DNA from: Gammaproteobacteria bacterium
GTDB lineage: Bacteria; Pseudomonadota; Gammaproteobacteria; Ga0077536
Reading direction: 5' to 3'
DNA length: 64,000 bases
Assembly (NCBI GenBank): GCA_009692265.1
Contig: SHZM01000006.1
Span: 3,080-67,079, forward strand
Position 1 is the stretch's first letter; each line of letters begins with the position of its first letter. Shown here in pieces: positions 39,406-49,153 of the stretch. A program made the translations under genes and the position numbers. The notes under the pieces were generated by a model. The model saw only the letters and a program-made list of their open reading frames with translations. It was not told where the DNA came from and did no database searches.

Positions 39406-40872
39406 ATGACCGCATTGGAGAATTACGTCAAAGACACTGCGCGCGCGGAAGGCGTCAAGAAAGTCCGCGCGATGATCAAAGCGCTGGGCGTCGAGTACAT
39501 CTACTTCCAGTTCGTGTCGGTCACCGGGCGAATCGTCGGTAAGGGTGCGCCTGCCGATCACTGGGAGCGAATCGCCACTAAGGGCTTCCAGCTGGTCTAT
39601 GGTTCGACCGCCAATCTGTTCATCAGTCGCAAAGGGCGTTACCTCGGCTACGGGCCGGAGGCCCATGAGCTGGTCGGCATCGCAGATCCGGAAACGTTTG
39701 TGCAGTTGCCGTGGGAACCGCGCGTGGCGCGGGTGTTCTGCACCTTATTCCGCAATCGCGAAGAGCTGGTCGACCCCGGCGGCTATCTGAGCTCGGATTG
39801 CCGCGGCAATCTCACACGCGCCCATACCGCGTTCGAAAAAAAGCACGGCCTGCGGCTGCGGCTCGGCACCGAACCCGAAATGATGTGGTTGAAAAAGGGT
39901 GCCGACGGCAAACCCGCTGGCGGCGTCACCAAGCCTTATTGTTACCACATCGATCAGTTCGAAGAACTGCGACCGATCACGCTCAAGGTGACCGAGTACT
40001 GTCGCAAGATGGGTATTGACTGCATTCAGGGTGATCACGAAGACGCCCCCGGACAGCTCGAACTGAACTGGACGTACGACGATGTCGAGCGGACGTCCGA
40101 TCGGCTGACCACCTACCGTCAGATCTGCACGCAGGTGGCTCGCGAGTTCAACGTCATCGCGTGCTTCATGACCAAGCCTTTCATGAAAGTCTCGGCGAAC
40201 GGCTGTCACCATAATTTCTCGCTGTGGAAAGGCGGCAAGGACCAGGTGACTACCTTCGATGGCCTGTCGAAGTTCGGCATGTCCGAGGTGTTCACCTACG
40301 TCACGGGTGGCCAGAACAAATTCGATCCCGAAGGCAAGGATCTCCGCATGCCCGGGCCGATCGGCCAATGGGCCGCCGGCGGCATCGTTAAACACCTGCC
40401 AGCGCTGACTGCGCTCGGGGCGTCCACGGTGAACTCCTACCGGCGCCTGCTCGACCAGGGCTACTGGGCGCCCGTCTACAACAATTGGGGCTATCAGAAT
40501 CGGACCTGTGCGCTGCGCGTGTCCGCACCAGGGCGTTTCGAGTATCGTGCCGTCGATTCGATGGTCAATCCCTATTTGTTGAATGCAGCGTTGCTGGCGG
40601 TCATGGATGAAGGCATCAGCCAAAAGCTGGATCCCGGTCCGCTGGAGCAGCGCAATATCTACGAACTCGAACTCGCCGGGAAAAAAGTGGTGAAGCTGCC
40701 CACGAACCTCGGCATGGCGCTGGATGCGATGGAGGCCGATCCCTTGGTGCGCTCGGCGCTTCCGGGCGAGATGTGGGATGTGTTCATCGACTACAAACGT
40801 GATGAATGGGACAAATTTCTGGCGACGGTCACAGCCTGGGACCACGACACTTACATGGACTATCTGCCCTAG
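39406..40872 (+). CDS. Glutamine synthetase-like protein 2 (gamma-glutamyl-amine ligase type, GmaS/PuuA/IpuC-like)
   Basis: 'GDHEDAPGQLELNW', 'NSYRRLLDQGYWAPVYNNWGYQNRTCALRV' and 'EPEMMW' are canonical GS catalytic motifs. 488 aa. Confidence 0.85.
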   Translation: MTALENYVKDTARAEGVKKVRAMIKALGVEYIYFQFVSVTGRIVGKGAPADHWERIATKGFQLVYGSTANLFISRKGRYLGYGPEAHELVGIADPETFVQLPWEPRVARVFCTLFRNREELVDPGGYLSSDCRGNLTRAHTAFEKKHGLRLRLGTEPEMMWLKKGADGKPAGGVTKPYCYHIDQFEELRPITLKVTEYCRKMGIDCIQGDHEDAPGQLELNWTYDDVERTSDRLTTYRQICTQVAREFNVIACFMTKPFMKVSANGCHHNFSLWKGGKDQVTTFDGLSKFGMSEVFTYVTGGQNKFDPEGKDLRMPGPIGQWAAGGIVKHLPALTALGASTVNSYRRLLDQGYWAPVYNNWGYQNRTCALRVSAPGRFEYRAVDSMVNPYLLNAALLAVMDEGISQKLDPGPLEQRNIYELELAGKKVVKLPTNLGMALDAMEADPLVRSALPGEMWDVFIDYKRDEWDKFLATVTAWDHDTYMDYLP

Positions 40873-40887
40873 CCCGGAGCAAACATC

Positions 40888-41772
40888 ATGCGGGACTTCA
40901 GCCTTAGCGACGGACAGGTTACTGACTTCGAACGGGATGGCTTCATCACCGTCGATCGCATCATCGATGACGACGAAGTGGCACTCCTGCGTGCGCGCTA
41001 TGACGAGTTGTTCAAAGGTCACTGGGAAACCGGCCTGGTGCCCGACGAAGTAAACTGGCTGGAAGGACGCGATCCCCCCGATCACACCCGTCAAATCTGC
41101 AATGGCTGGAAATCCGATCGGTTTGTGGCGAGCGTCATCCTGCAGGAATCGATCGGCCGGGCCTGCGCTACGCTCGGCCGTTGGCCCGGGACCCGCATCA
41201 GCCAGGACAACATTCTGTGGAAGCCGCCAGGCGGCAAACCGTTAGGGTTCCATCAAGATTCTGCCTACGAACAATGGACGAACCTGCCGGACTGGGTGAG
41301 CTGCTGGATTGCGCTCGATGACACCAGCGCCGAAGGTGGCACGGTTGAGTATGTGCGGGGATCGCACCGCTGGGGCCAGTCCGGCATGATCGAGCAGTTT
41401 CATGCGCCGCAGAACCCGGTCAAAGACCTCGAAAAAGCCGCCGCTGCGGCGGGGGTTACGCAGATCGAGCGGGTGCCGATCGTCGTCAAAGCCGGCGGCG
41501 GCGCGTTTCATGGCGGCTGGACCTGGCACGGCTCGGACGTCAACCGCTGCGAGGTCCCGCGCCGTTCGATCGTGGCCCATTGCATGTCCTCCGAAACCCG
41601 CTTTCATCCGACCTATGTCGGCTATATCTACAGCCGGTACAAACGTTTCGGCGATGACACCATGGATGAAGCCTTTTTCCCAATTCTGTGGCGCCAGGAT
41701 GGCTACCGCTCACCGTTCATTGCACCCTACGCCGCACGGCACATTACCTGGGGCGAAGCGCTGCCGGCGTGA
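40888..41772 (+). CDS. Phytanoyl-CoA dioxygenase (PhyH) family Fe(II)/2-oxoglutarate dioxygenase
   Basis: 'WKPPGGKPLGFHQDSAYEQW' (HxD) and 'GGAFHGGWTWHGS' (distal His) form the PhyH fold. The stop overlaps the next gene's GTG. Confidence 0.85.
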   Translation: MRDFSLSDGQVTDFERDGFITVDRIIDDDEVALLRARYDELFKGHWETGLVPDEVNWLEGRDPPDHTRQICNGWKSDRFVASVILQESIGRACATLGRWPGTRISQDNILWKPPGGKPLGFHQDSAYEQWTNLPDWVSCWIALDDTSAEGGTVEYVRGSHRWGQSGMIEQFHAPQNPVKDLEKAAAAAGVTQIERVPIVVKAGGGAFHGGWTWHGSDVNRCEVPRRSIVAHCMSSETRFHPTYVGYIYSRYKRFGDDTMDEAFFPILWRQDGYRSPFIAPYAARHITWGEALPA

Positions 41773-42482
41773 GGCGCCGGCTCGGCCTGCTGGCCTGCGA
41801 CAGCATCTGGGAACCCCTGCGTTCCCGTTTTGGCGATTACGCCGAGATGTACACCGCGCTGCTCCAGGCGGCCGGTGCCGACTTCGAACTCAAGGTTTTT
41901 GCGGTTCATCGAGGCGTGCTGCCGGCGCATCCGAGGGACTGCGATGCGTGGCTGATCTCCGGCTCGCGCGCCGGGGTGTATGACGCCCAACCCTGGATCG
42001 CGACCTTGCAGAATTTCGCACGTGCGGCGCATGCGATCGAGGTCCCCCAGGTCGGGATCTGTTTCGGTCATCAGTTGCTGGCACAGGCTCTCGGTGGCCG
42101 CGTCGAACGCGCGGCCACCGGCTGGGGTCTCGGCAATCTTGAGGTCGAACTGCGCGGCGAGTCGGCGTACCCGGCACCGACGTCCGGTCCGCTCCGGTTG
42201 TTCATGGCGCATCAAGATCAGGTTGTGACCCTGCCACCCGACGCGCAGTGGCTGGCCGCGGCGGCGCATTGCCGCCACGCTGCGTTCGCGCTGGGTGAGC
42301 AGGTGCTGGGCGTCCAGGCGCATCCCGAGTTCACGGCTGACTTCATGCGGGAGATGACCCTCGAAGCGACGTTCGAAATCCCGCCCGCCGTGCGCGCCGC
42401 GGCGCTCAGCAGTTTTGCTAAGCCGGTCGACAGCGCCGTTATCGGGCGCTGGATCGCCACTTTTCTGGGGCTGCTCAGCTGA
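41769..42482 (+). CDS. Class I glutamine amidotransferase-like protein (gamma-glutamyl-amide hydrolase type, PuuD/IpuF-like)
   Basis: 'VGICFGHQLLAQALGG' holds the catalytic Cys and 'VQAHPEF' the His. GTG start gives a GTGA overlap with PhyH. Confidence 0.75.
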   Translation: MRRRLGLLACDSIWEPLRSRFGDYAEMYTALLQAAGADFELKVFAVHRGVLPAHPRDCDAWLISGSRAGVYDAQPWIATLQNFARAAHAIEVPQVGICFGHQLLAQALGGRVERAATGWGLGNLEVELRGESAYPAPTSGPLRLFMAHQDQVVTLPPDAQWLAAAAHCRHAAFALGEQVLGVQAHPEFTADFMREMTLEATFEIPPAVRAAALSSFAKPVDSAVIGRWIATFLGLLS

Positions 42483-42498
42483 GTTCGGGCACCGGCGG

Positions 42499-42927
42499 TT
42501 AGCGGCAGCTGAGCTGCGCCGCCGCGCGGAGTTCTGTCGCCTTGGCGCGCGCCTTCGCTTCGCTCGCGAACACCAGATCCTCGAACAACTGCACCGGCGC
42601 GGCCGGATCCGCACACAGTTGCCCGACCGCATAACGCCCGGATGCCACTGCGACAATCACATAAAAGCCGCGCACCGGGCCGGGTCGCGCACCGTTGAGG
42701 CGATACAGCACTTTGGCAAGATCGGCGAAGTGGCTGTCATCTTCGACCACCGCCTCGACGCGTGTCGGCGGCGCATCGGAGCGCACCCAGCGATGCGGCA
42801 TTTCTCCGGCGTCGCTGGTGAGCGGTAGTGCTTGCTCGCCGCGATAGGCCGGATGCAGCCACCAGGTCTCATCGCGTTTCAGCGGGACTTCGGCGGCCGC
42901 TTTGACTTTCGAGCGGCGGGGGTTCAC
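42499..42927 (-). CDS. Protein of unknown function (142 aa), DMFase-cassette-associated, copy B
   Basis: ATG overlaps the large-subunit stop (ATGA). Paralog of 34625..35020. Confidence 0.6.
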   Translation of the reverse strand: MNPRRSKVKAAAEVPLKRDETWWLHPAYRGEQALPLTSDAGEMPHRWVRSDAPPTRVEAVVEDDSHFADLAKVLYRLNGARPGPVRGFYVIVAVASGRYAVGQLCADPAAPVQLFEDLVFASEAKARAKATELRAAAQLSCR

Positions 42928-45368
42928 GGCAGAGGACCGTTCTTCAGGAAGCCATCAAGCGTATTGCGCATCAACCGCGACACGTTGTTGTCGTAGCGAT
43001 TGTGCGACAGCGAGCCGCACCAGGCCATCGAGCCGACCGAAAACACCGCGCCGTCATTCGGGGTCTTGTAGTAGACGATGTCCGCACGGGTGCGCGGATT
43101 GTTGTCCCCCGTGCCGCCGGCGATATACCCGCGCGCGTTAAAAGTTGACTCTTCGGTGACCGAGACGAACATGTCGGAATGACCTTCTGAATTTGCGAGC
43201 AAATAGGCGCGATGCGGCGTGCCCAGTTCCAGATCGTAGCGATCGAGTTCGAGCCCGGCCGCGCCATCCCCGACCAGGCCGAAGTTCCCGATCGGCTCGT
43301 CACGCGCAATGCCTTTGAACATCCACTTGCATTCGGGCAGTTCGCTGTCCGGCGCCCGGCGGTAGTACGAGGAGTAAGTCAAGCCGAACGACGTGAACGT
43401 GACGCCGAGAATCTTGCTCATGACCCTGCCGCGTACCCGCCACAGGCCACCATGCTTGCCGTCGAACGCATTGCAGTATTCGCCGGGCGCGATGGTCCAG
43501 GCACGGGTCCCGTTGTCGCCTTTGCGCACTTCGACAATGTTCGGGTTCTCCGGGTGGGGCTGACAGATCCAGTAAAAGCCGTTCGCGGCGAGATACATGA
43601 AGCGGCCGCCGGCCTGCTGGTAATCGTGATACGCCTGCATCTGCTGCTCGGACACATACTCCGGATGATGGCCGGTCAGCACGATGCGGTACTGGTTCAA
43701 CAGCGCTACGCCTTCACGCTGCACGTCTTCGTCGGTCAGGATGTCCAAGTCGTAATTCATCTCGTGCAGCCAGTCGACCAGATGCAGATCCGCATTGAAC
43801 TGCCAGAGCGACGGCGACAACACATGCACGTATTTGGGACGCATATTCAGAATCGGGCGCAGCCTGGACGAAATATTCACGCCCCAGCCGTCGCGGTAGG
43901 ACGTATAAGTGCCAAGCCCGTAACCGCGCTCTTGGTTCAGCAGCAGATCACCCGGCTGCAGCAGCGGCACCTGGCCCGTCAGCAGTTGCGCGATCACGGA
44001 ATTCACGCTCAAGTTATCGTTCGCATAGGCGAGGTAGCTGTGCATCGCCATCACGAGCGCGATTTTCGCGGTCGGGCCGCTGGCCGGCGGGCGCACGAAG
44101 AACGGGACATAATCCTCGTACTCAGCGCTGGTGGAGCCATTCACACGCAAGCGCGCGGCATACACCCCGCTTTTGAGATTGGCCGGAACTTTGAACGTGA
44201 ACGACGGCGCCCAGCGCGCGTCGTCGACCGACTCATCGTGAAAATGAATCGCGCCATATTCTTGCGGGGCGTGACGGAAGCTCATGTAGTCGGAAGACCA
44301 GTTGCAGCCGGTGACCCCGCGCACCGGCAGATTGACGCCGACGCCGTGCAGATGGTTCGGGCCCGTATCCACGATGTGCGTCGAGGCCGCGTTATCCGCG
44401 ATGTTCGCGCTGAAATCCCAGGCCCCGACCACTGCGCCGCGCAGTTCGCCGGGGATGTTTTCACAACCGGCTGACGCCAGCAGCATTTCCACCTCGGCCG
44501 CGCTGAGCGCGCGATTCGCGAGCTTAGGGCGTTCGATCTTGCCGTTGTATTTCTGGGTGTGGACCGGGATCTCCCACGGCATCGGGAGATGCTTGAAGTG
44601 GCCACCATGCAGCGTGCGCCCGGAGTGGGTCTCCAGCGTGCTGGCTGCAACCAACAGCGGACAATCGCTCGTACGCGGGCCGGCGCTGCGGGTGCGATAA
44701 CACGCGCTCCCGGCGGTGTCGTCGAGCGGGTGCAGCATGCTGAGGCCATGGCCACCATTCGTGATCGTCACGAACGGGGTCTGCCACACGCGAATCTCGC
44801 CGCTTGCCGCATCAAACGTGGCCGCCACCTTGTACCAGACCTTGCGAAACAGCGGTTTGCGGGTCGCGTATTCTTCAACCTTGCCGCGGCCGCGCCCGAT
44901 GCGGAGCGCCAGTTCACCACTTTCGTTGATGAACAGGCCATAGCCGACGCCCGTGGACGTGTTGAATTTAGAGATAATCGCCTGCGCGCCCACCGCCACA
45001 CCCTCGGTATCGACCAGCGGCGTGGTGGGATAGACGTAGGCGCACAAAGTGAAACTCTGCACGTCGAGCCGTGCATCGTGCGGCACCATGACATAGCTGC
45101 CGGCATACACCGCCTGATGCTGACCGCGATAGCGGCGATTAGTAGCGCTGCGGACCAGTTTTTCCTTGAATCCCGGCCCCTCCGGGTTCGTATCTCCGTG
45201 AATCAACCGCACGATGTCGGCCTGATACGGTTCGTCGAACTCGCTGTGCACGTGGAAAGTGACTTCTTCGCCCGGGCGGACCGAACACCGATCGGTGTAG
45301 CCGGTCACGCGCAGCATCATTGGTTGGGTGTTTGCCATGCGGATCAGCCTTTCAGGATTCGATGCCAT
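42924..45368 (-). CDS. N,N-dimethylformamidase large (beta) subunit family protein, copy B
   Basis: ~800 aa and collinear with copy A throughout ('MLRVTGYTDRCSVRPGEE…', '…GGRFMYLAANGFYWICQPHPEN…'). The start is likely the internal ATG at 45338 or 45320. Confidence 0.85.
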   Translation of the reverse strand: MASNPERLIRMANTQPMMLRVTGYTDRCSVRPGEEVTFHVHSEFDEPYQADIVRLIHGDTNPEGPGFKEKLVRSATNRRYRGQHQAVYAGSYVMVPHDARLDVQSFTLCAYVYPTTPLVDTEGVAVGAQAIISKFNTSTGVGYGLFINESGELALRIGRGRGKVEEYATRKPLFRKVWYKVAATFDAASGEIRVWQTPFVTITNGGHGLSMLHPLDDTAGSACYRTRSAGPRTSDCPLLVAASTLETHSGRTLHGGHFKHLPMPWEIPVHTQKYNGKIERPKLANRALSAAEVEMLLASAGCENIPGELRGAVVGAWDFSANIADNAASTHIVDTGPNHLHGVGVNLPVRGVTGCNWSSDYMSFRHAPQEYGAIHFHDESVDDARWAPSFTFKVPANLKSGVYAARLRVNGSTSAEYEDYVPFFVRPPASGPTAKIALVMAMHSYLAYANDNLSVNSVIAQLLTGQVPLLQPGDLLLNQERGYGLGTYTSYRDGWGVNISSRLRPILNMRPKYVHVLSPSLWQFNADLHLVDWLHEMNYDLDILTDEDVQREGVALLNQYRIVLTGHHPEYVSEQQMQAYHDYQQAGGRFMYLAANGFYWICQPHPENPNIVEVRKGDNGTRAWTIAPGEYCNAFDGKHGGLWRVRGRVMSKILGVTFTSFGLTYSSYYRRAPDSELPECKWMFKGIARDEPIGNFGLVGDGAAGLELDRYDLELGTPHRAYLLANSEGHSDMFVSVTEESTFNARGYIAGGTGDNNPRTRADIVYYKTPNDGAVFSVGSMAWCGSLSHNRYDNNVSRLMRNTLDGFLKNGPLP

Positions 45369-45783
45369 ATTGGTCGAGCAACGCCTTGAGGCGTTTCAAA
45401 AAAATCGCGTGTTCGGCGTCCTCCCGCGAGCGATAGCGTTCCTTGGTGATCTTCACCACGCCGCCACGTCGCCCCGGCAGGATCCCGATCGCGTATTCCT
45501 GCCATGGCACGGTTTCGACAATGGTGTGCTTGCCGGCCTGGGGCGTCATCCGCAACTTGTCGATCAGATGTTTCAGTTCCGGGCTGTGATTGGGGGGTTT
45601 AACGCCCGGCTGTGCCGCCGCGCCGCGTGGATGCGTCCGATGTTCGGCGATGATGCGCGCGCGACTCGCCGGATCCCGCAGGTGCGGCAGGATGTACATT
45701 CGGTTGTCGTAGTCGTCGACTGCGGTGAATCCGTAGTCACGGGCCAACGCAGTGGTCGGACCTGGATGACGTCTGGTGGCCAT
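45352..45783 (-). CDS. Putative DMFase small (alpha) subunit-like protein, copy B
   Basis: 143 aa. Paralog of 37473..37922. It lies directly upstream of large subunit B. Confidence 0.55.
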   Translation of the reverse strand: MATRRHPGPTTALARDYGFTAVDDYDNRMYILPHLRDPASRARIIAEHRTHPRGAAAQPGVKPPNHSPELKHLIDKLRMTPQAGKHTIVETVPWQEYAIGILPGRRGGVVKITKERYRSREDAEHAIFLKRLKALLDQYGIES

Positions 45784-46178
45784 AGTTTACCTCTGAGATG
45801 CGTGACGCAAAGGCGCGCGACGGATGCGTGATGAGCTACTGATCGTGTCACAGTCCTGCGGACTTCGACAAGGTTGGTGCCGTTCGCGACGGACCCCGCG
45901 CGCCGCGCCATAGGGCCATGCGGCCAAGTTTTCTGAAAGAGACTCGGCCCCTGCTAAGCTCACACGCTTTGTCAGCGAACCGTGCTGAATCATCTAGCAA
46001 TACTGGGCATGTCAGAAATTTTGTGTGAGCCGTTGTTAATAATTAATCAGTTAAAGTGAATCGTTCGCCGAACTGGATCGCGACTTGGATTCACGCCCTT
46101 TGTTCAGACTCATACCCCATTGGACAAGGCTCCCTATCGACGCTCGCTTAATTTTGAGACCGGCTCTAATCTTCCGTC

Positions 46179-47153
46179 ATGCCCCGACCGCCCGCCGCCC
46201 GCAAAGCCAGCACTCGCAAAACAGCCAAGCCAAAGGACAAATCAAACTCGCGCCCGGCACCAGCGACGCCCAGCGCACCACGCAAACCCAAAGTCACCAA
46301 GAAGGCCAAGCGCGCAGCCGATAGATCCGCGAGCACGCAATCGACACCGCCCATCAAGCGGGTAAAGCTAGTTGCTGCGCCATCAGCATTCACCGAACGG
46401 TGGTCCAAACGAATCGCATTTCTGAGCCGTGTTCCCGCCTTCGTCTATCTGTTCGTCGGAGTGCTTCTGCTGATCGTACTGGTACCCAGCGCCAACTGGG
46501 TTTATCAAGTGGTGCGCAAGCCGTCCGAATTGTTCTTCCCGGTCAGCGACGATTTATACAAGACGCCCGCCGAGACCTGGCGCAGCTATGCACCGCTGTT
46601 TGTCGCCCATGCCACCCCCATCATGACCGCCGAACTGCTGGCTGCCCTGGCGCAGAAGGAAGCGTCGGGCAATCCGGTCGCGCGAACCTACTGGCGCTGG
46701 TCCATCACCCTCAATCTATTTGAAATCTATCGCCCGGCATCGAGCGCTGTCGGCATGTACCAGTTCACCGATGGCACCTTCGAGGAAGCGAAACGCTACT
46801 GCATACACGATCATCGTGTAGTCGCCGACGGCCCGTGGCATGACATGCACAGTTGCTGGTTCAACAATCTCTACGCGCGGGTGATCCCCTCCCATGCAGT
46901 GGAACTGGCGGCCTCGAATCTCGACCGCCGAGTGCGGGAAATCCTCGCGCGCAAAGGCATCAAGCGCGCCACGCTGCGTCAGCAGCAGGTACTCGCCATC
47001 ATCACCCACCTTTGCGGCGCCGGCGCTGGGGCTAGATACGCATCCCATGGCCTGCAATTGCTGCCCGGCCAGCGCTGTGGCGATCACGATCCGCGTGACC
47101 ATGTTGAACGGGTGATGGGCTTGAGCAGGACCTTCGCGCGGATGCGCAAGTGA
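46179..47153 (+). CDS. Lytic transglycosylase (SLT) domain protein with basic, Lys/Pro-rich N-terminus and one TM segment
   Basis: 'LAQKEASGNPVA…GMYQFTDGTF' matches the E-S-G-NP…G-MQ SLT-domain signature. The N-terminal 80 aa are K/P/A-rich and histone-like. Confidence 0.55.
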   Translation: MPRPPAARKASTRKTAKPKDKSNSRPAPATPSAPRKPKVTKKAKRAADRSASTQSTPPIKRVKLVAAPSAFTERWSKRIAFLSRVPAFVYLFVGVLLLIVLVPSANWVYQVVRKPSELFFPVSDDLYKTPAETWRSYAPLFVAHATPIMTAELLAALAQKEASGNPVARTYWRWSITLNLFEIYRPASSAVGMYQFTDGTFEEAKRYCIHDHRVVADGPWHDMHSCWFNNLYARVIPSHAVELAASNLDRRVREILARKGIKRATLRQQQVLAIITHLCGAGAGARYASHGLQLLPGQRCGDHDPRDHVERVMGLSRTFARMRK

Positions 47154-47225
47154 CGGGCATATCAAGAGTACGCGCTTTATCATGTCCGCCGCACTCACAG
47201 ATCCCGTAACGATGGAGACAAACCC

Positions 47226-48011
47226 ATGATCACAGTAGCGCAGATAGGCAAGGTTTACGTCAAAGCCACCCAGTTTCTGCATCCCGAGCGCGTTGATGTA
47301 TTGAGCACCGGCATCCGCTATGACCGTGAGTTCGCGCTGGTTGAGGACGATGGAAAATTCGTATCGTCCGACAAACATGGCGACTTCTTTCCGCTGAAAT
47401 TCAGTTTTGATGGCGACCACATGCGTCTCGATTTCTCCGATGGGCAGACCGTCAGCGGGCCAGCGGTCAGCAACGGGCGGAAATGGACTATCAATCACGC
47501 GGGCCTGCGCGACATAGCGATGGCCCTGGTCGAAGGGCCGTGGACCGAGGTGCTATCGAAATTTGCCGGTCGGCCCATGCATCTCGCGCGCTGCGCGGTG
47601 ACCAATGGTGCCGTCGACGTCTTCCCCATTACCTTTGTCACGACTGGTTCGCTGCAGCGACTAGCGCGTGAAGTGGGCGCGCCGGTCGACGCCGCGCGCT
47701 TTCGTGCCGGCTTTGTGTTTAACAATAGCATCGAGCATGAAGAAGACGCGTGGGCCGGGCGTTTATTGCGAGTCGGTGCGGTAACGCTCAAGGTGCGCAC
47801 CGCGGTGCCGCGCTGTGGCATTACCGGTTTCAATCCGGCGAGCGGGGTGCGCGATCAGGAAGTGATGAAGGGGCTGATTCGTTATCGCGAGAAGACTTCA
47901 CTGCCGGACGGCCTGTTGCCGGGCTTCAGCACGCCGGGCTTTGCCACCTATGCCGAAGTGGTGACGCCAGGTCTGGTGCAGCTCGGTGACCGCGTAGAGT
48001 TGCTGGCTTAA
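47226..48011 (+). CDS. MOSC domain-containing protein
   Basis: 261 aa. It has the MOSC beta-barrel pattern, including the conserved Cys in '…VRTAVPRCGITGFNP…'. Confidence 0.75.
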   Translation: MITVAQIGKVYVKATQFLHPERVDVLSTGIRYDREFALVEDDGKFVSSDKHGDFFPLKFSFDGDHMRLDFSDGQTVSGPAVSNGRKWTINHAGLRDIAMALVEGPWTEVLSKFAGRPMHLARCAVTNGAVDVFPITFVTTGSLQRLAREVGAPVDAARFRAGFVFNNSIEHEEDAWAGRLLRVGAVTLKVRTAVPRCGITGFNPASGVRDQEVMKGLIRYREKTSLPDGLLPGFSTPGFATYAEVVTPGLVQLGDRVELLA

Positions 48012-48283
48012 AGCGCCGACTTATATCGGACAATCGCACTGAAATTTGCCGCCACAAAGAAGGCTTGCGGGTCGGTACTCCCAGCGATGAGACCAAGAAT
48101 TTGCGTGGTCGCCGAGAAGTCGCGCGCAAGCGCACGATAAAGCGCGATTACACTTGAATCTGCTGTCGAAATTTTGCCGTCTGGATAATCATGTCGTAAA
48201 ACGGAATAAAACTCTTATCGCGTGCGACATGCCCTTCCTCTATCTGCTGTAACAGCGGACGTTCCCCTCGTAATATCTTCGCT

Positions 48284-49102
48284 ATGACATCGTTAACGAC
48301 TACCTTGCTCAGCCACGAGACGGCGATCCGCTTCGGCGTATTTATGGGTCTATTTTTTGCTATCGCGCTGTGGGAAGTCCTCGCACCATGGCGCAGGACG
48401 GCGCTTTCACGGTGGCGACGCTGGCCAAATAATCTCGGCATTGCCGCGCTAAATGCGGCGGTAGTGCGGATTACCCTGCCGGTTACGGCGATTAGCACCG
48501 CCGCCATCGTTGAACAGCATGGATGGGGAATGATGACGACACTGGAGCTTCCGGTATGGCTGGCGGTAATTACGTCCATCCTGCTGCTGGATTTCGTGAT
48601 CTATTTTCAGCATCGACTCTTCCATGCGGTGCCGAGTTTGTGGCGGCTTCATCGTATGCATCACGCGGATTTGGAGTTTGACGTGACCACCGGGGCACGT
48701 TTTCATCCCATCGAAATTTTGATTTCGATGGTAATCAAGCTCGCAAGTGTGACGGTGCTCGGCGCGCCAGCGCTCGCGGTATTGATTTTTGAAGTGCTTT
48801 TGAATGCCACCTCGATGTTCAATCACGGCAATATCGTTTTGCCGCCGAAGGCCGAAGGAGTGTTGCGCTGGTGGGTTGTGACCCCGGAGATACACCGGAT
48901 CCACCATTCGATCGCGCACGCGGAGACCAATAGTAATTTCGGGTTCAATTTGCCGTGGTGGGATCGGCTTTTTGCGACTTATCGTGCGGAGCCCGCCGCT
49001 GGACGTGGCGGGGTGGCGATCGGCATCCCAATGTTTCGTGAACCGGGCGAACTGCGTCTCGATCGCATGTTGCTGCAACCCTTTCGGTATGATTTGCCCT
49101 GA
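48284..49102 (+). CDS. Sterol desaturase / fatty-acid hydroxylase family membrane protein
   Basis: His-box motifs 'HRLFH', 'HRMHH' and 'HRIHHS' within a TM context. Confidence 0.8.
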   Translation: MTSLTTTLLSHETAIRFGVFMGLFFAIALWEVLAPWRRTALSRWRRWPNNLGIAALNAAVVRITLPVTAISTAAIVEQHGWGMMTTLELPVWLAVITSILLLDFVIYFQHRLFHAVPSLWRLHRMHHADLEFDVTTGARFHPIEILISMVIKLASVTVLGAPALAVLIFEVLLNATSMFNHGNIVLPPKAEGVLRWWVVTPEIHRIHHSIAHAETNSNFGFNLPWWDRLFATYRAEPAAGRGGVAIGIPMFREPGELRLDRMLLQPFRYDLP

Positions 49103-49153
49103 GATACCTCACGGACAATGCGATGAATTAATCTCGGTTGGAGCCGTCTCCAT

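Noticed and set aside
39745-41094. 449-aa minus-strand ORF over GS-like 2 and PhyH
   Set aside because: It is antisense to two plus-strand genes with canonical catalytic motifs. This is a shadow ORF.
41727-42656. 309-aa minus-strand ORF over the GATase gene
   Set aside because: It is antisense to the class I GATase with its catalytic Cys/His motifs. The translation is low complexity.
43212-45389. 420-aa and 276-aa plus-strand ORFs over DMFase-like large subunit B
   Set aside because: Both are antisense to a gene that is collinear with its paralog A over ~800 aa. These are shadow ORFs.
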